From an uncultured Microthrixaceae bacterium (GTDB lineage: Bacteria > Actinomycetota > Acidimicrobiia > Acidimicrobiales > VFJN01), in NCBI GenBank assembly GCA_963750645.1, contig CAVVRO010000001.1:72049-136048 (forward strand): a stretch of 64,000 nucleotides of DNA. Direction: 5' to 3'. Every line of letters starts with the position of its first letter. Positions within the stretch are counted from its first letter, which is position 1. Under the pieces are notes generated by a model, which had not been told where the DNA came from, made no database searches, and worked only from the letters and a program-made list of their open reading frames with translations. A program made the position numbers and the translations under genes. Below are positions 16,692-26,225 of the stretch, piece after piece.

Positions 16692-17114
16692 ATGAGCGAA
16701 GCGACGATCACGGGCATCCACCACTTCTCACCGACGGTGAGCGACGTCGAGGCGAGCGCGGCCTGGTACGAGAAGGTGTTCTCGATGACCCGTGTCCCCA
16801 TCACCTTCGCCCACCACGAGCGCGAGGACACCGGCTACGCGGTGCTGCTGATGGACCCCGTCTCGGGGCTGGTGATCGGCCTGCACCACAACGAGGCGAA
16901 CGAGGGCGAGCCCTTCGACGAGGCGCGCACCGGGCTCGACCACATCGGCTTCAAGGTCCCCACCCGCGAGAGCCTCGACGAGTGGGTGACCAAGCTCGAC
17001 GGACTCGGCATCGAGCACTCCGGCATCCGTGATCTCACCGACCCGATCCCGTTCTCGACGCTGGTGTTCCGCGACCCCGACAACATCCAGCTCGAGCTCA
17101 TCCACTCGCCCTGA
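16692..17114 (+). CDS. VOC / glyoxalase-bleomycin resistance-dioxygenase family protein
   Basis: GIHHFSPTVSDVEASAAWYEKVF, LDHIGFKV, FRDPDNIQLELI. Confidence 0.85.
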   Translation: MSEATITGIHHFSPTVSDVEASAAWYEKVFSMTRVPITFAHHEREDTGYAVLLMDPVSGLVIGLHHNEANEGEPFDEARTGLDHIGFKVPTRESLDEWVTKLDGLGIEHSGIRDLTDPIPFSTLVFRDPDNIQLELIHSP

Positions 17115-17130
17115 CCTCGCCGCGGCCGAG

Positions 17131-17538
17131 ATGGAGCCGCCCGATTCGCGTACCCTGCGGGGCATGAGCGTGCCGGTCGATCTCGGTGCCCTGCGCGAGC
17201 GCATCGCCGACCACGGGACCACAGCGTTCCTCGTCACCGTGAACGAGAACGGCACCGCCCACGTCGTGTCCGTCCTGCTGCGCTTCGAGGGCGATGGACT
17301 TGCGGCAGCGGTCGGGGCCCGGTCGCGCTCGAACGTGGAGCGGAACCAGGACGTCACACTGCTGTGGCCCCCGCGACCCGATCCGGCCTACAGCATGATC
17401 GTCGACGCAACGGCTGCCGCCGGCGACGAGGACGAGATCACGCTGGAACCGCACTCGGCCGTGCTGCACCGAGTCGCCGGGGCCGACGGCGACGGACCGA
17501 CGTGCCTCCCGGTGACCGATCCCGCCTCTCGCGGCTGA
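17131..17538 (+). CDS. pyridoxamine 5'-phosphate oxidase-like (split-barrel) family protein
   Basis: ATG 17131 lies within track ORF 17029-17538. Sequence LRERIADHGTTAFLVTVNENGTAHVVSV. The family call is moderate. Confidence 0.55.
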   Translation: MEPPDSRTLRGMSVPVDLGALRERIADHGTTAFLVTVNENGTAHVVSVLLRFEGDGLAAAVGARSRSNVERNQDVTLLWPPRPDPAYSMIVDATAAAGDEDEITLEPHSAVLHRVAGADGDGPTCLPVTDPASRG

Positions 17539-17559
17539 ATCCGAGGACCGGAACGGCGA

Positions 17560-17832
17560 TCACCCGCCGGAGCCGGCGGTCGCGGCGGGGTCCTGGCGGT
17601 CCTCGAGGAAGATGCACTCGCCGGGACAGTCCTCAGCGGCCGCGATGGTGGCCTCGATGTGCTCGTCGAAGACCGGGGCCATCGACTCCGAACCGCCCGG
17701 ATGGTTCTGGGGCCGTCCGTCCGCCAGCACGTAGGAGATCCCGTCCTCGAGGAGGACGAACAGCTCCGGGCAGTGGTCGGTGCAGAGCCCGTCGCCGGTG
17801 CACAGGTCCTGGTCGATCCACACGTGGAGCAC
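17560..17832 (-). CDS. small ferredoxin
   Basis: GTG 17832 is preceded by GGGAGG. Motifs IDQDLCTGDGLCTDHCPELF ... AAEDCPGECIF (Cys cluster pattern of single-cluster ferredoxins). Confidence 0.8.
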   Translation of the reverse strand: MLHVWIDQDLCTGDGLCTDHCPELFVLLEDGISYVLADGRPQNHPGGSESMAPVFDEHIEATIAAAEDCPGECIFLEDRQDPAATAGSGG

Positions 17833-17885
17833 GACGCGCCTCCCTCGCTGACCCTGCACCAGCGACGATTGCAGGGTCAACCCTC

Positions 17886-18698
17886 TCAGGCGGCGTCCTG
17901 CTCGAGGAGCCGTTCGGCCCACTCGATGCCCTGCGTCACCGCGAGCGGGTAGACGCTCCGAGCCCGATCCGCATCGAAGAGGCCCAGCGGGTTGCGACCC
18001 GCCATCCGACCGATCGCCCGGGTCGGGCGGATCATCGTGATGGTCTTGCCAGGGTGGCGGTCGCGCCAGGTCTGCAGCTCACGCGACAGCAGCAGTCCCG
18101 CGGTGCGGCCCAATGGCCCCATCACCGGCCCCGCCAGGGGCGCGATGACGATCACGTGCTGGGCGTCGGCGGCGGCGTCGACCGACGTCACGGACCACAT
18201 GCCACCGTCGACGTAGAGCCGGCCGTCGATGCGATGGGGAGGGAACAGACCCGGAACGGACGACGACGCGGCCACCAGGTCGGCGAGGTCGTACACGCCA
18301 CCATCGAGGATGTGGCGGCGCCGGGTCTGGAGGCACACTGCGGACGCGGCCACCAGGTGGTGGCGGGCGGATCCGAAGATCTCGCGCGCGGCCTCGGCCA
18401 GGATCGGCCGGCGGGTCGGCACCGAGGGTGACTCCATGTCGGCGAAGTGCTCGTAGCCCATGCCCAGCGCGACCGCGGAGGCGGCCCACGCTCCGGCGGA
18501 GGTGCCGAGCGCCGGTGCGGTGGCCACGTCGATGCCCCCCTTCGACAGGCCATGAGCCACGCCAGCGCCGTAGGCGATGCCGAACACGCCGCCGCCGCCG
18601 TAGACGACGGAGAGGGGATGGGGCCGTTCCACCACGCTGGGCCGGCCGTCGAACTCCACCTTGCCCTGTTCGCTGTGCTCATGCGGTGCCATGACCAT
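17886..18698 (-). CDS. patatin-like phospholipase
   Basis: GGGGVFG oxyanion motif, GTSAGA nucleophile elbow, and DGG in YVDGGMWS. ATG 18698 lies inside track ORF 17886-19019. Confidence 0.85.
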   Translation of the reverse strand: MVMAPHEHSEQGKVEFDGRPSVVERPHPLSVVYGGGGVFGIAYGAGVAHGLSKGGIDVATAPALGTSAGAWAASAVALGMGYEHFADMESPSVPTRRPILAEAAREIFGSARHHLVAASAVCLQTRRRHILDGGVYDLADLVAASSSVPGLFPPHRIDGRLYVDGGMWSVTSVDAAADAQHVIVIAPLAGPVMGPLGRTAGLLLSRELQTWRDRHPGKTITMIRPTRAIGRMAGRNPLGLFDADRARSVYPLAVTQGIEWAERLLEQDAA

Positions 18699-18738
18699 GC
18701 TGCTTCCGGATCGCCTGAACCCGTCGGTTGGGGTCAGG

Positions 18739-19158
18739 TCACGAGATCGACGGGTCGCTCGCCTCTGCGTTGTAGGCGCCCAGGAGGTCGCGGGCCGACA
18801 CGATGCCCACCAGCTCGCCGTCCTCTTCGACGAGCACGTGGCGGATGTAGCGACCGAGCATCTCGGCGGCGACCTCTTCGACGGTGGACTCGACGTCGCA
18901 CCAGACGAGCTCGCGGCTCGCGACGCTGCTCGCCGGGGTGGTGGCGGGATCGTGCCCCGCGGCCACCGAGCGAACGACGTCGCGCTCGGACACGAGGGCC
19001 GCCGGGCGGCTGTCGTCACCCAGGAGGACGGCGCCCACGCCGTTGGTGGTGAGGGCCTGGGCCACGTCGTGGATGCTGGCGTCGGAGGCCACGCGTACCA
19101 CCTCGTCGCCGATGAGCTGGGAGACGGGCAAGGAGCCGGAGGCGGAGATCGCTGTCAT
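18739..19158 (-). CDS. CBS-domain pair protein
   Basis: 139 codons. Two CBS-like repeats (VAQALTTNGVGAVLL..., HVLVEEDGELVGIVSARDLL). Confidence 0.8.
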   Translation of the reverse strand: MTAISASGSLPVSQLIGDEVVRVASDASIHDVAQALTTNGVGAVLLGDDSRPAALVSERDVVRSVAAGHDPATTPASSVASRELVWCDVESTVEEVAAEMLGRYIRHVLVEEDGELVGIVSARDLLGAYNAEASDPSIS

Positions 19159-19254
19159 GAGCTCAGCATCCGCCCGCTCGGGGGTTCCCGCCCAGGGCGG
19201 AAGGCCCAGATCTGCCGACCGTTCGGCCCTACTTCGAGGGCATGGCCACGGCGA

Positions 19255-19467
19255 TCAGTAGAAGTCGGGTTCCTTCTTGGACATGAGCGAGATCGCGATC
19301 AGGCCGGGCACGGCGAGCGCCCCGCCGAGGAACAGCCCGGCGACGGGCCGGGCCTTGGCCCGGCCGATCAGGTAGCCGAAGACGGCGCCCAGGAGGAGAG
19401 CGATCGCGGCACCGATGGCCAGCATCGTCTCGGAACCGGTGATGGTGAGCAGCAGCTCGGAGCTCAT
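19255..19467 (-). CDS. small two-helix membrane protein
   Basis: 70 codons. GGAAGGAA lies upstream of ATG 19467. Hydrophobic MLAIGAAIALLLGAVFGYLIG and GLFLGGALAVPGLIAISL. Confidence 0.55.
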   Translation of the reverse strand: MSSELLLTITGSETMLAIGAAIALLLGAVFGYLIGRAKARPVAGLFLGGALAVPGLIAISLMSKKEPDFY

Positions 19468-19642
19468 GGTGAGGGTTCCTTCCGTGTCTGTGGTGGGCTG
19501 GTGGAGAGAGGGGGCCCCGCCATGTCCGCCAACGGCGGGGCCCTGCTGGTTCATCGGCCCGATGTCGGGCGAGGTGCATGGGCCGAAAGGACCTTCGACC
19601 CTGCCGACCCGTCGCGGCGGCCGCGAGAATCGCGCCAGGACC

Positions 19643-19984
19643 ATGACGACGACCCGTGAGCTCGAAGAGATCCAGCGCGGCATCGAGAAGCTGGTGGACC
19701 TGGCCCTCGAGGCCGCCACCTCCCTCGAGGAGGTCGTCGACTGCGCCAAGGCTGCCGCGTCCCTCGGCGCCCCTGATCTGCTCGAGCGGGTCGCCGAACG
19801 CCTGGCCGTCGAGGTGTCGACCGCCAACGCGAGCAGTGGTGCCTGGGAGGCCGAGCTCACCTACTCCAAGATCGACGCCTGGCAGCAGACCGGGCACCGG
19901 GCGCGCCTGCTCGCCGAGGCGTGGAGCCACGTCGGCCCGCTGCTGCTCGCCGCGTCCGCCACCCCGCAGCCCGACCGCCGCTGA
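19643..19984 (+). CDS. hypothetical protein
   Basis: 113 codons from ATG 19643. High GC3 and helical-looking sequence. No family recognised. Confidence 0.5.
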   Translation: MTTTRELEEIQRGIEKLVDLALEAATSLEEVVDCAKAAASLGAPDLLERVAERLAVEVSTANASSGAWEAELTYSKIDAWQQTGHRARLLAEAWSHVGPLLLAASATPQPDRR

Positions 19985-20002
19985 GCAGGCGCGGCCCGCG
20001 GG

Positions 20003-22003
20003 TCAGGTTCCGCCGGGGCCGAGGGCCTGCAGCGACTGCGCGATCAGGTCGGCGTAGACCTTGATCCCGTCCATGTTGGGGTGGGTGCGATCGCTGTGGA
20101 GCAAGCCTGGATCGGCCGCGACGACGGCGTGCCAGTCCGCCACGATCGTGTTCGGATGCTCGGCGCTGATGGCGGCCAGCGTGGCGTTCGAGGACGGCAC
20201 CCAGTCGCTGACGCCCACCGTGTTGACGAGCACCACGCGACGCGAGGGTCCCAGCGTGTCGAGGACGGCGCGCAGGGCCTGCTGCGACTCGTCCGACTCG
20301 AGCCCCACGTTGGTGCCGAAGGCCAGCACGACCGCCGGGCGCACGGTGCCCGCCTCGAGTGCCTGGCGGACGACGGACGGCGCATCGCGCCACTGTCGGA
20401 TCGGTTCGGCGTCGAGGAGGACACCGGGGAAGCGTTCGTAGACGGCCGGCGCCGCGCCGGAGAGGACCGAATCGCCGAACCCGACGATCAGGTCGCCCGG
20501 AGGCACCGCGAACTCAGAGGACCAGGCCGGTGCCTGCGGGTCGCTGGTCGCTCCATCGGGTGCCTGGGCATCGGACGGCTGGTCCGTGGCGCCAGCCTCG
20601 GACTGCGCGGCGATCGCACGCTCGCCGCGCTCGACGGCGAGCTGGGCCTGGGACTTGTCCGGCGCGGTGGTGACCGCGAGGCCGGCCAGCACGACGAGGG
20701 CGCCGACGGAGGCCCACACGACGCGCTGCCCTCGAATGGCCGCCCAGGCTGCGCCGAACCCCTCGCGGCGGACGGGCATCTCGATCCAACGATACGACGC
20801 TGCCGCCAGGCCGAACGTCACCCCGAGCGAGAGCAGCACCGTCGTCATCGTCGGGTCCGATCCGGGCGCGACCGCCGGCAGCAGGGCCGTGACGATCAGG
20901 ATCACGGGCCAGTGCCACAGGTAGATCCCGTAGGACCGCTCGCCGACCCAGGCGAGGGGGCTCGAGCAGGTCAGCCTCGTGAGTGCACTCGGGGGGCCAG
21001 GGAGCGAGGCGACCAACACCGCGGTCAGCAGCGCGGCGAGCACGATGCCACCGCGGTACGTGAACGCGGAGGCGCTGTCGATCGTCAGCACCATGACGAT
21101 CAGGCCGCTCAACGCCACGAAGCCGAGCCATCGGCGGAGTCGCAACCAGCGCCGCTGTGCGAGCACGCCGACGCCACCCGCGAACGCGAGGGCCACGGCC
21201 GCGCCGAGCATCAGCCCGAACAGGTGGGTGTCGGTGCCGTAGTACACGCGCGTCGGGTTGGAACCAGGCACGAACCAGACCGCCATGAGCACGGCCGACA
21301 GGACGGCCACTCCGAGCACGACGCGCACACGGCCGACGGCAGTGCGCGCCACCGCGAGGATCCCGATGAGCGCGGCCGGCCAGAACAGGTAGAACTGCTC
21401 TTCGACGGCGAGTGACCAGAAGGTCACGAACAGCGTCGGCGCAGTGTGGTCGAAGTAGTCGGACCCGGCGCCGATCTCCAGCCAGTTGCTGCTGAAGGTG
21501 AGCGCGCCGATCGTCTGGCGGTCGATGCCCACCAGCAGATCGCTGCTCGCCATCCACGCCGCCACCACGCTCGCGACGACGACGATCACGAGCGCCGGCA
21601 GCAGTCGCCTTGCCCGACGGCGCCAGAACCCGAGCATGTCGACGCGACCCGTCCGGTTCCCCTCACGCAGCAGCAGCGTGGTGATCAGGAAGCCACTGAT
21701 CACGAAGAACACATCGACACCCAGGAAGCCACCTGGGACCCGGTTCGGCCAGAGGTGGAACGCGATGACCGCGAGGACCGCGAAGGCGCGGATGCCGTCA
21801 AGGCCTTCGATGTGGCCAGCGACGGCATCCGCCGGACCCGGTCGCCCCCTTGGCTGCGGGAGCGGCTGCGGTGTGGCGCCCGTGCCCGAACCACCCCCCG
21901 TGCCGGGCCCGCCGGTGACGCGCTCGTCGGTCCCGCCGAGGACATCGACATCACCCGCGCGGTGATCGCGCGTCAGCATCACTGCACCGTCAACCACATG
22001 CAA
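20003..22003 (-). CDS. acyltransferase-3 family membrane protein with C-terminal SGNH-like domain (OafA/OatA-like)
   Basis: IAFHLWPNRVPGGFLGVDVFFVISGFLITTLL, about 10 TM helices, then an extracytoplasmic domain with GDSVLSGA. Confidence 0.85.
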   Translation of the reverse strand: MHVVDGAVMLTRDHRAGDVDVLGGTDERVTGGPGTGGGSGTGATPQPLPQPRGRPGPADAVAGHIEGLDGIRAFAVLAVIAFHLWPNRVPGGFLGVDVFFVISGFLITTLLLREGNRTGRVDMLGFWRRRARRLLPALVIVVVASVVAAWMASSDLLVGIDRQTIGALTFSSNWLEIGAGSDYFDHTAPTLFVTFWSLAVEEQFYLFWPAALIGILAVARTAVGRVRVVLGVAVLSAVLMAVWFVPGSNPTRVYYGTDTHLFGLMLGAAVALAFAGGVGVLAQRRWLRLRRWLGFVALSGLIVMVLTIDSASAFTYRGGIVLAALLTAVLVASLPGPPSALTRLTCSSPLAWVGERSYGIYLWHWPVILIVTALLPAVAPGSDPTMTTVLLSLGVTFGLAAASYRWIEMPVRREGFGAAWAAIRGQRVVWASVGALVVLAGLAVTTAPDKSQAQLAVERGERAIAAQSEAGATDQPSDAQAPDGATSDPQAPAWSSEFAVPPGDLIVGFGDSVLSGAAPAVYERFPGVLLDAEPIRQWRDAPSVVRQALEAGTVRPAVVLAFGTNVGLESDESQQALRAVLDTLGPSRRVVLVNTVGVSDWVPSSNATLAAISAEHPNTIVADWHAVVAADPGLLHSDRTHPNMDGIKVYADLIAQSLQALGPGGT

Positions 22004-22106
22004 CCACGACGCGACACCTCACAGAGGCTACCGAGATTCCACGGCGCCGGCGGTGCTCACCCACGGATGGCGGCGGACCGCGCCTTCGCTCTGGGCCCTC
22101 CGAGGG

Positions 22107-22889
22107 TCATGGGACGAAGTCGGCTTCCTCCAGCCCCGACCTCACCGCGTCGATCGGCTCACCATCGGCGATGAACCCACCCCGGAACGGCGCGGTGACG
22201 GCGAGGAGCAGGGCCAGGACCAGCGACACCACGACGACCAGACCCGAGGTCAACGAGGCGACGCGGTGGCTTCGGTCGATCGCGAGCGCCGCGGCGTTGA
22301 CGATCAGGGCGAGGCCGGATGCAATCACCACGGCGAGGTAGAGCGCCGGCATCTCATGCGCGCTGGTGGCGAGCCGCTCGCGGCGCAGCGAGGTCACGGT
22401 GTCGAGCGCGACCAGCATCTCGCTGGCCTGGGCACTGCCGAGCTCGCTGACCGCCGCCTCGGACCGGACCGTGCGCTCGAGCTCGATCACGGTGCGCAGG
22501 GTGGCCGGAGCGCCGGTGCCGACGGTTCCCTCCCACTCCTCGGCCCGGGTGGAGCGGAGGTAGTCGCCGAGGGCTCGTAGCACGGGCTCGCTGTCCACCC
22601 CTGGTGTCGTGCTCGACCATCCCAGGCGAGAGGCCGCGCCGGCCTCTGCGGCCACCAGCTGGTCTGCCGTGCGGAGCGCTGCGGCCTCGTTCGCCAGCGC
22701 CAGCGCGGCGAGCAGCGCGAACACCGCACCCAGCGCTGGCATCAGCGGGCCTGCGACGCCCGCCACACCGGCCGCCTCGTCGCCGATCCACCGGCGCACC
22801 GCGAGCCGCGAGCCCACCGCCACGAGCGCGCCGAGCAACAAGCTCCCGAGCACCACCGCCCAGGCGGGAAAGGAGACGAGGGTTCTCAA
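22107..22889 (-). CDS. membrane protein (DUF4239-like topology)
   Basis: 260 codons. Two N-terminal and two C-terminal hydrophobic helices flank a helical soluble region. The family name is tentative. Confidence 0.55.
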   Translation of the reverse strand: MRTLVSFPAWAVVLGSLLLGALVAVGSRLAVRRWIGDEAAGVAGVAGPLMPALGAVFALLAALALANEAAALRTADQLVAAEAGAASRLGWSSTTPGVDSEPVLRALGDYLRSTRAEEWEGTVGTGAPATLRTVIELERTVRSEAAVSELGSAQASEMLVALDTVTSLRRERLATSAHEMPALYLAVVIASGLALIVNAAALAIDRSHRVASLTSGLVVVVSLVLALLLAVTAPFRGGFIADGEPIDAVRSGLEEADFVP

Positions 22890-22949
22890 GCGGCGCGCTC
22901 CGCACTCATCGGATCACGTCATCCAAGCACACCGCCTAGGGTCCCCCGG

Positions 22950-25900
22950 GTGATCGAGGCCAGCCCGGGGAGCGTGGGCACCAAGACGGTCCTGTTCACC
23001 GATCTGGTCGACTCCACGGCGGTGCGCTCCACGCTGGGTGACACGGCGGCGGACGAGCTCGGCACCGACATCCACCGTCTCCACGAGACGGCGATCGAGG
23101 GTCATGGCGGCACCATCGTCAAGTCCCTGGGCGACGGCATCATGGCGACCTTCGACGGCGCCGAGGCCGCGATCTCCGCCGCGGTCGAGCTCCAAGCCCG
23201 CGTCCGCGATCGCAACCAGCGCCGCGAGCCGGAGATCGGGCTCCGGGTCGGCATCTCGACCGGCGATGTCAGCAGCACACCCGACGGGGATCACCTCGGC
23301 ACCCCGGTGGTGGAGGCAGCCCGCCTGTGCGGTGCAGCAGCGTCGGGTCAGATCCTCGTCGCCGAGGTCGTCCGCCTGCTGGCGGGTAGCCGAGGTGCGC
23401 ACGAGCTGATCGACCTCGGGCCCCGCGAGTACAAGGGCCTGCCGGACCCGCTGACCACCTGGGAGGTGCGGTGGGACGGCGCCACGGCCCCGCGGGCACC
23501 GCTGCCAGCCGCCATGAGCTTCGACGACGACTTCGGGTTCGTGGGTCGATCACGCGAGCGCGAGCGGCTCGACACCGCGTGGAACCGCTCGCTCAGCGGT
23601 CAGCTGACGATGGTGCTGATCGCCGGCGAACCGGGCGCCGGGAAGACGCGCCTCACGGCGGAGTTCGCCACCGAGGCGATCGCCTCGGGGGCCACCCTGC
23701 TGTTCGGGTGCTGCGAGGACGGCCTCGGCGTGCCGCACCAGCCCTTCGTCGAGAGCATCCGCCACCTGCTGTCCACCGCCGCCCGGCCGCGCCTCGGGTC
23801 GCAGGCCGCCGAGCTCGTCCGTCTCGTGCCGGAGATCTCGGACCTCGTGCCCGATCTACCTCCGCCGCTCCGCTCGGATCCCGAGACGGAGCGCTACCAG
23901 CTCTTCAACGCGTACGTCGGCCTCCTCGAGGACGTCGCGATGGATGGGCCCGTGGTCCTCGTGCTCGACGACCTCCACTGGGCGACACGCCCCACCCTGC
24001 AGCTGCTGCGCCACGTCGTCCGCTCCAAGGTGGCCTCTCCGGTGTTGATCGTCGGCACCTACCGAGACACCGAGGTCGACGACGACCACCCGCTCGCCGA
24101 GGCGCTGGCCGACCTCCACCGCTCCGACGCCGTCGAGCGGGTCGACCTCTCCGGGCTGGAGGTCGGGTGCGTGCGCAGCTACCTGGACGGCATCGCTGGG
24201 TACGAGCTCGACGCGCGGGCCGACGCGCTGGCCGCTCGAGTCCATGCCGAGACCGATGGGAACCCGTTCTTCATGCGCGAGGTGCTGCTGCACCTGGTGG
24301 AGGCCGGGCACCTCTACCTCGAGGACGGGCAGTGGCAGACGGACGAGGGCTTCCTCGATGCCGTTCCGGCGGGTGCCCGCGACGTGATCGGACAGCGTCT
24401 CGCCCGGCTGGGGGACGACACTCGCATGCTCCTCTCTCGTGCCGCGGTCATCGGGGTGGACTTCACCCTCGACCTCCTGTCGAAGCTCGTGGCCCAGGAC
24501 GAGCACGCCATCTTCGACAGCCTCGAGCGAGCGGCGACCGCCCGCCTCGTCGAGGAGATCGGGATCGACCGCTACCGGTTCACGCACGCGCTGGTCCGCT
24601 CCGCGCTGCTCGACGGGCTGAGCGCGAGTCGACGGGCAAGGCTGCACCGGCAGATCGCCGAGGCGATCGAGGAGACCGCCGAGTCGACCGACGACGTCGT
24701 GGAGGAGCTGGCTGACCACTGGATCGCCGCGGGCGCCGCGGGAGAGCAGGGCAAGGCGATCGAGTTCACCGTGCGAGCGGCCCGCCGGGCCGCCGAGCAG
24801 CTGGCCCACGACGAGGCAGCCGGGCTGTTCGCCAACGCGCTCGACATGGCCCGGGCTGTCGGGGTCAGCGCTCGCGAGGAGGCCGAGCTCCTCACCGAGC
24901 TCGGGGGAGCGCAGCAGCGCGCCGGCGATCCGGCGGCGCGTCAGACGCTGCTCGACGCCGGGCGCCTCGCTCACCGCATCGGCGCCACCGACCTGCTCGT
25001 CGCCTCGGTCCTCATGAACGCGCGCACGGCCGCTGTGCTCGACGTCGACGAGGAGCGCGTGGAGCTGCTGGAGCATGCGCTGGGGAGCGTCGACCCAGCC
25101 GCGACGTCCGACCGCTGCCGGCTGCTCGCCAACCTCGGGTTCGAGCTGTCCTTCACCCACGACCGTGCGCGCGTGCTCGCCCTGAGCGACGAGGCCCTCG
25201 CCCTCGCCCGCGCGTCAGGCGACCTCGCCGACCTCGCGTTCGTGCTGTCCATGAGGGTCATCGCCTTCCGCAGCCCCGACACGCTCGCCGAGCGCCTCGG
25301 CGTGTGCGCCGAGATCGAGGCGATCAGCGAGCGCCTCGATGACCCCGCCATGCAGTTCCTCGCGGCCTTCCGTCGCGCCGAGGTGGTGATGAACGCAGGC
25401 GACACCGAGTCGTTCCGCTCTGTCGTGGCCACCATGATCGCGATCTCCGACCGGCTCGGGCAGCCGATGATGGCGTGGAACACCGCCCGACGTCGCGCCG
25501 AGCTGGCCCTCCTGGAAGGTGACCTGCACGAGGCCCATCGCCTCGCCGACGAGATGCGCAAGCTCGGCGCCGAGCTCCAGCTCCCCTTCGCCGAGCCGAT
25601 CTACGTGAGCTTCGTGGCCAAGATCTTGAACACGATGGGGCTGCCGGAGCAGTCCGCCGCGCTCTGGGACCAGTGGGTCGACCGCATCCACCTCATCGGC
25701 TTCCGCTTCGGCCTGGCTCACGCCCTGCTCCTCGCGGGTCGGCCGGACGCGGCCACCGCGCAGTGGGAGCAGGGCGCCGCCAACGACTTCGCCGACATCC
25801 AGCGGGACCTGTCGTGGCTCGAGACGATGGGCTTGGCCGCCGAGGTGGCCTGTGACCTCGGCGACGCACGCCGCGCCGCCCTGCTCGTGGACGCCTTGGC

Positions 25901-26225
25901 CCCGCATCGCCACCACATCATCACCTCGGGGGTCGGTGCCCTCTGCCCGAGCGACCACGCTCGCGGCGTCGCCCTGCTCGGGGCCGGTGATCTGGAGGGC
26001 GCGATCGAAGGGCTCCAAGCGGCGATCGAGCTGGGACAGGTGGCCCAGGCGCCGTTGCTCGTCGCGGCGTCCCAGGTGCGGCTCGCGGAGGCGCACCTCC
26101 GACGAGGCGATCTCGCGGAGGCTGAGGTGCTGCTCGAGTCGGCGTCCGCCACCGCGCGGCTCCACGATGCGCAGGGCCTGCTCGACGCGGTGGCTCGCCT
26201 CGAGGCACGGGACGCCACCTCGTGA
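22950..26225 (+). CDS. class III adenylate/guanylate cyclase domain - AAA ATPase - TPR protein
   Basis: Cyclase motifs: VLFTDLVDSTA, HGGTIVKSLGDGIMATF, LRVGISTGDV. Walker A: GEPGAGKTRL. Also VLVLDDLHWA. A long TPR-like C-terminus follows, with no HTH seen. Confidence 0.9.
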   Translation: MIEASPGSVGTKTVLFTDLVDSTAVRSTLGDTAADELGTDIHRLHETAIEGHGGTIVKSLGDGIMATFDGAEAAISAAVELQARVRDRNQRREPEIGLRVGISTGDVSSTPDGDHLGTPVVEAARLCGAAASGQILVAEVVRLLAGSRGAHELIDLGPREYKGLPDPLTTWEVRWDGATAPRAPLPAAMSFDDDFGFVGRSRERERLDTAWNRSLSGQLTMVLIAGEPGAGKTRLTAEFATEAIASGATLLFGCCEDGLGVPHQPFVESIRHLLSTAARPRLGSQAAELVRLVPEISDLVPDLPPPLRSDPETERYQLFNAYVGLLEDVAMDGPVVLVLDDLHWATRPTLQLLRHVVRSKVASPVLIVGTYRDTEVDDDHPLAEALADLHRSDAVERVDLSGLEVGCVRSYLDGIAGYELDARADALAARVHAETDGNPFFMREVLLHLVEAGHLYLEDGQWQTDEGFLDAVPAGARDVIGQRLARLGDDTRMLLSRAAVIGVDFTLDLLSKLVAQDEHAIFDSLERAATARLVEEIGIDRYRFTHALVRSALLDGLSASRRARLHRQIAEAIEETAESTDDVVEELADHWIAAGAAGEQGKAIEFTVRAARRAAEQLAHDEAAGLFANALDMARAVGVSAREEAELLTELGGAQQRAGDPAARQTLLDAGRLAHRIGATDLLVASVLMNARTAAVLDVDEERVELLEHALGSVDPAATSDRCRLLANLGFELSFTHDRARVLALSDEALALARASGDLADLAFVLSMRVIAFRSPDTLAERLGVCAEIEAISERLDDPAMQFLAAFRRAEVVMNAGDTESFRSVVATMIAISDRLGQPMMAWNTARRRAELALLEGDLHEAHRLADEMRKLGAELQLPFAEPIYVSFVAKILNTMGLPEQSAALWDQWVDRIHLIGFRFGLAHALLLAGRPDAATAQWEQGAANDFADIQRDLSWLETMGLAAEVACDLGDARRAALLVDALAPHRHHIITSGVGALCPSDHARGVALLGAGDLEGAIEGLQAAIELGQVAQAPLLVAASQVRLAEAHLRRGDLAEAEVLLESASATARLHDAQGLLDAVARLEARDATS

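Noticed and set aside
17886-18698. Patatin-like lipase as a CBASS or other defence effector.
   Set aside because: No CD-NTase/cyclase, SAVED, TIR or other sensor gene is adjacent. The neighbours are CBS and ferredoxin genes.
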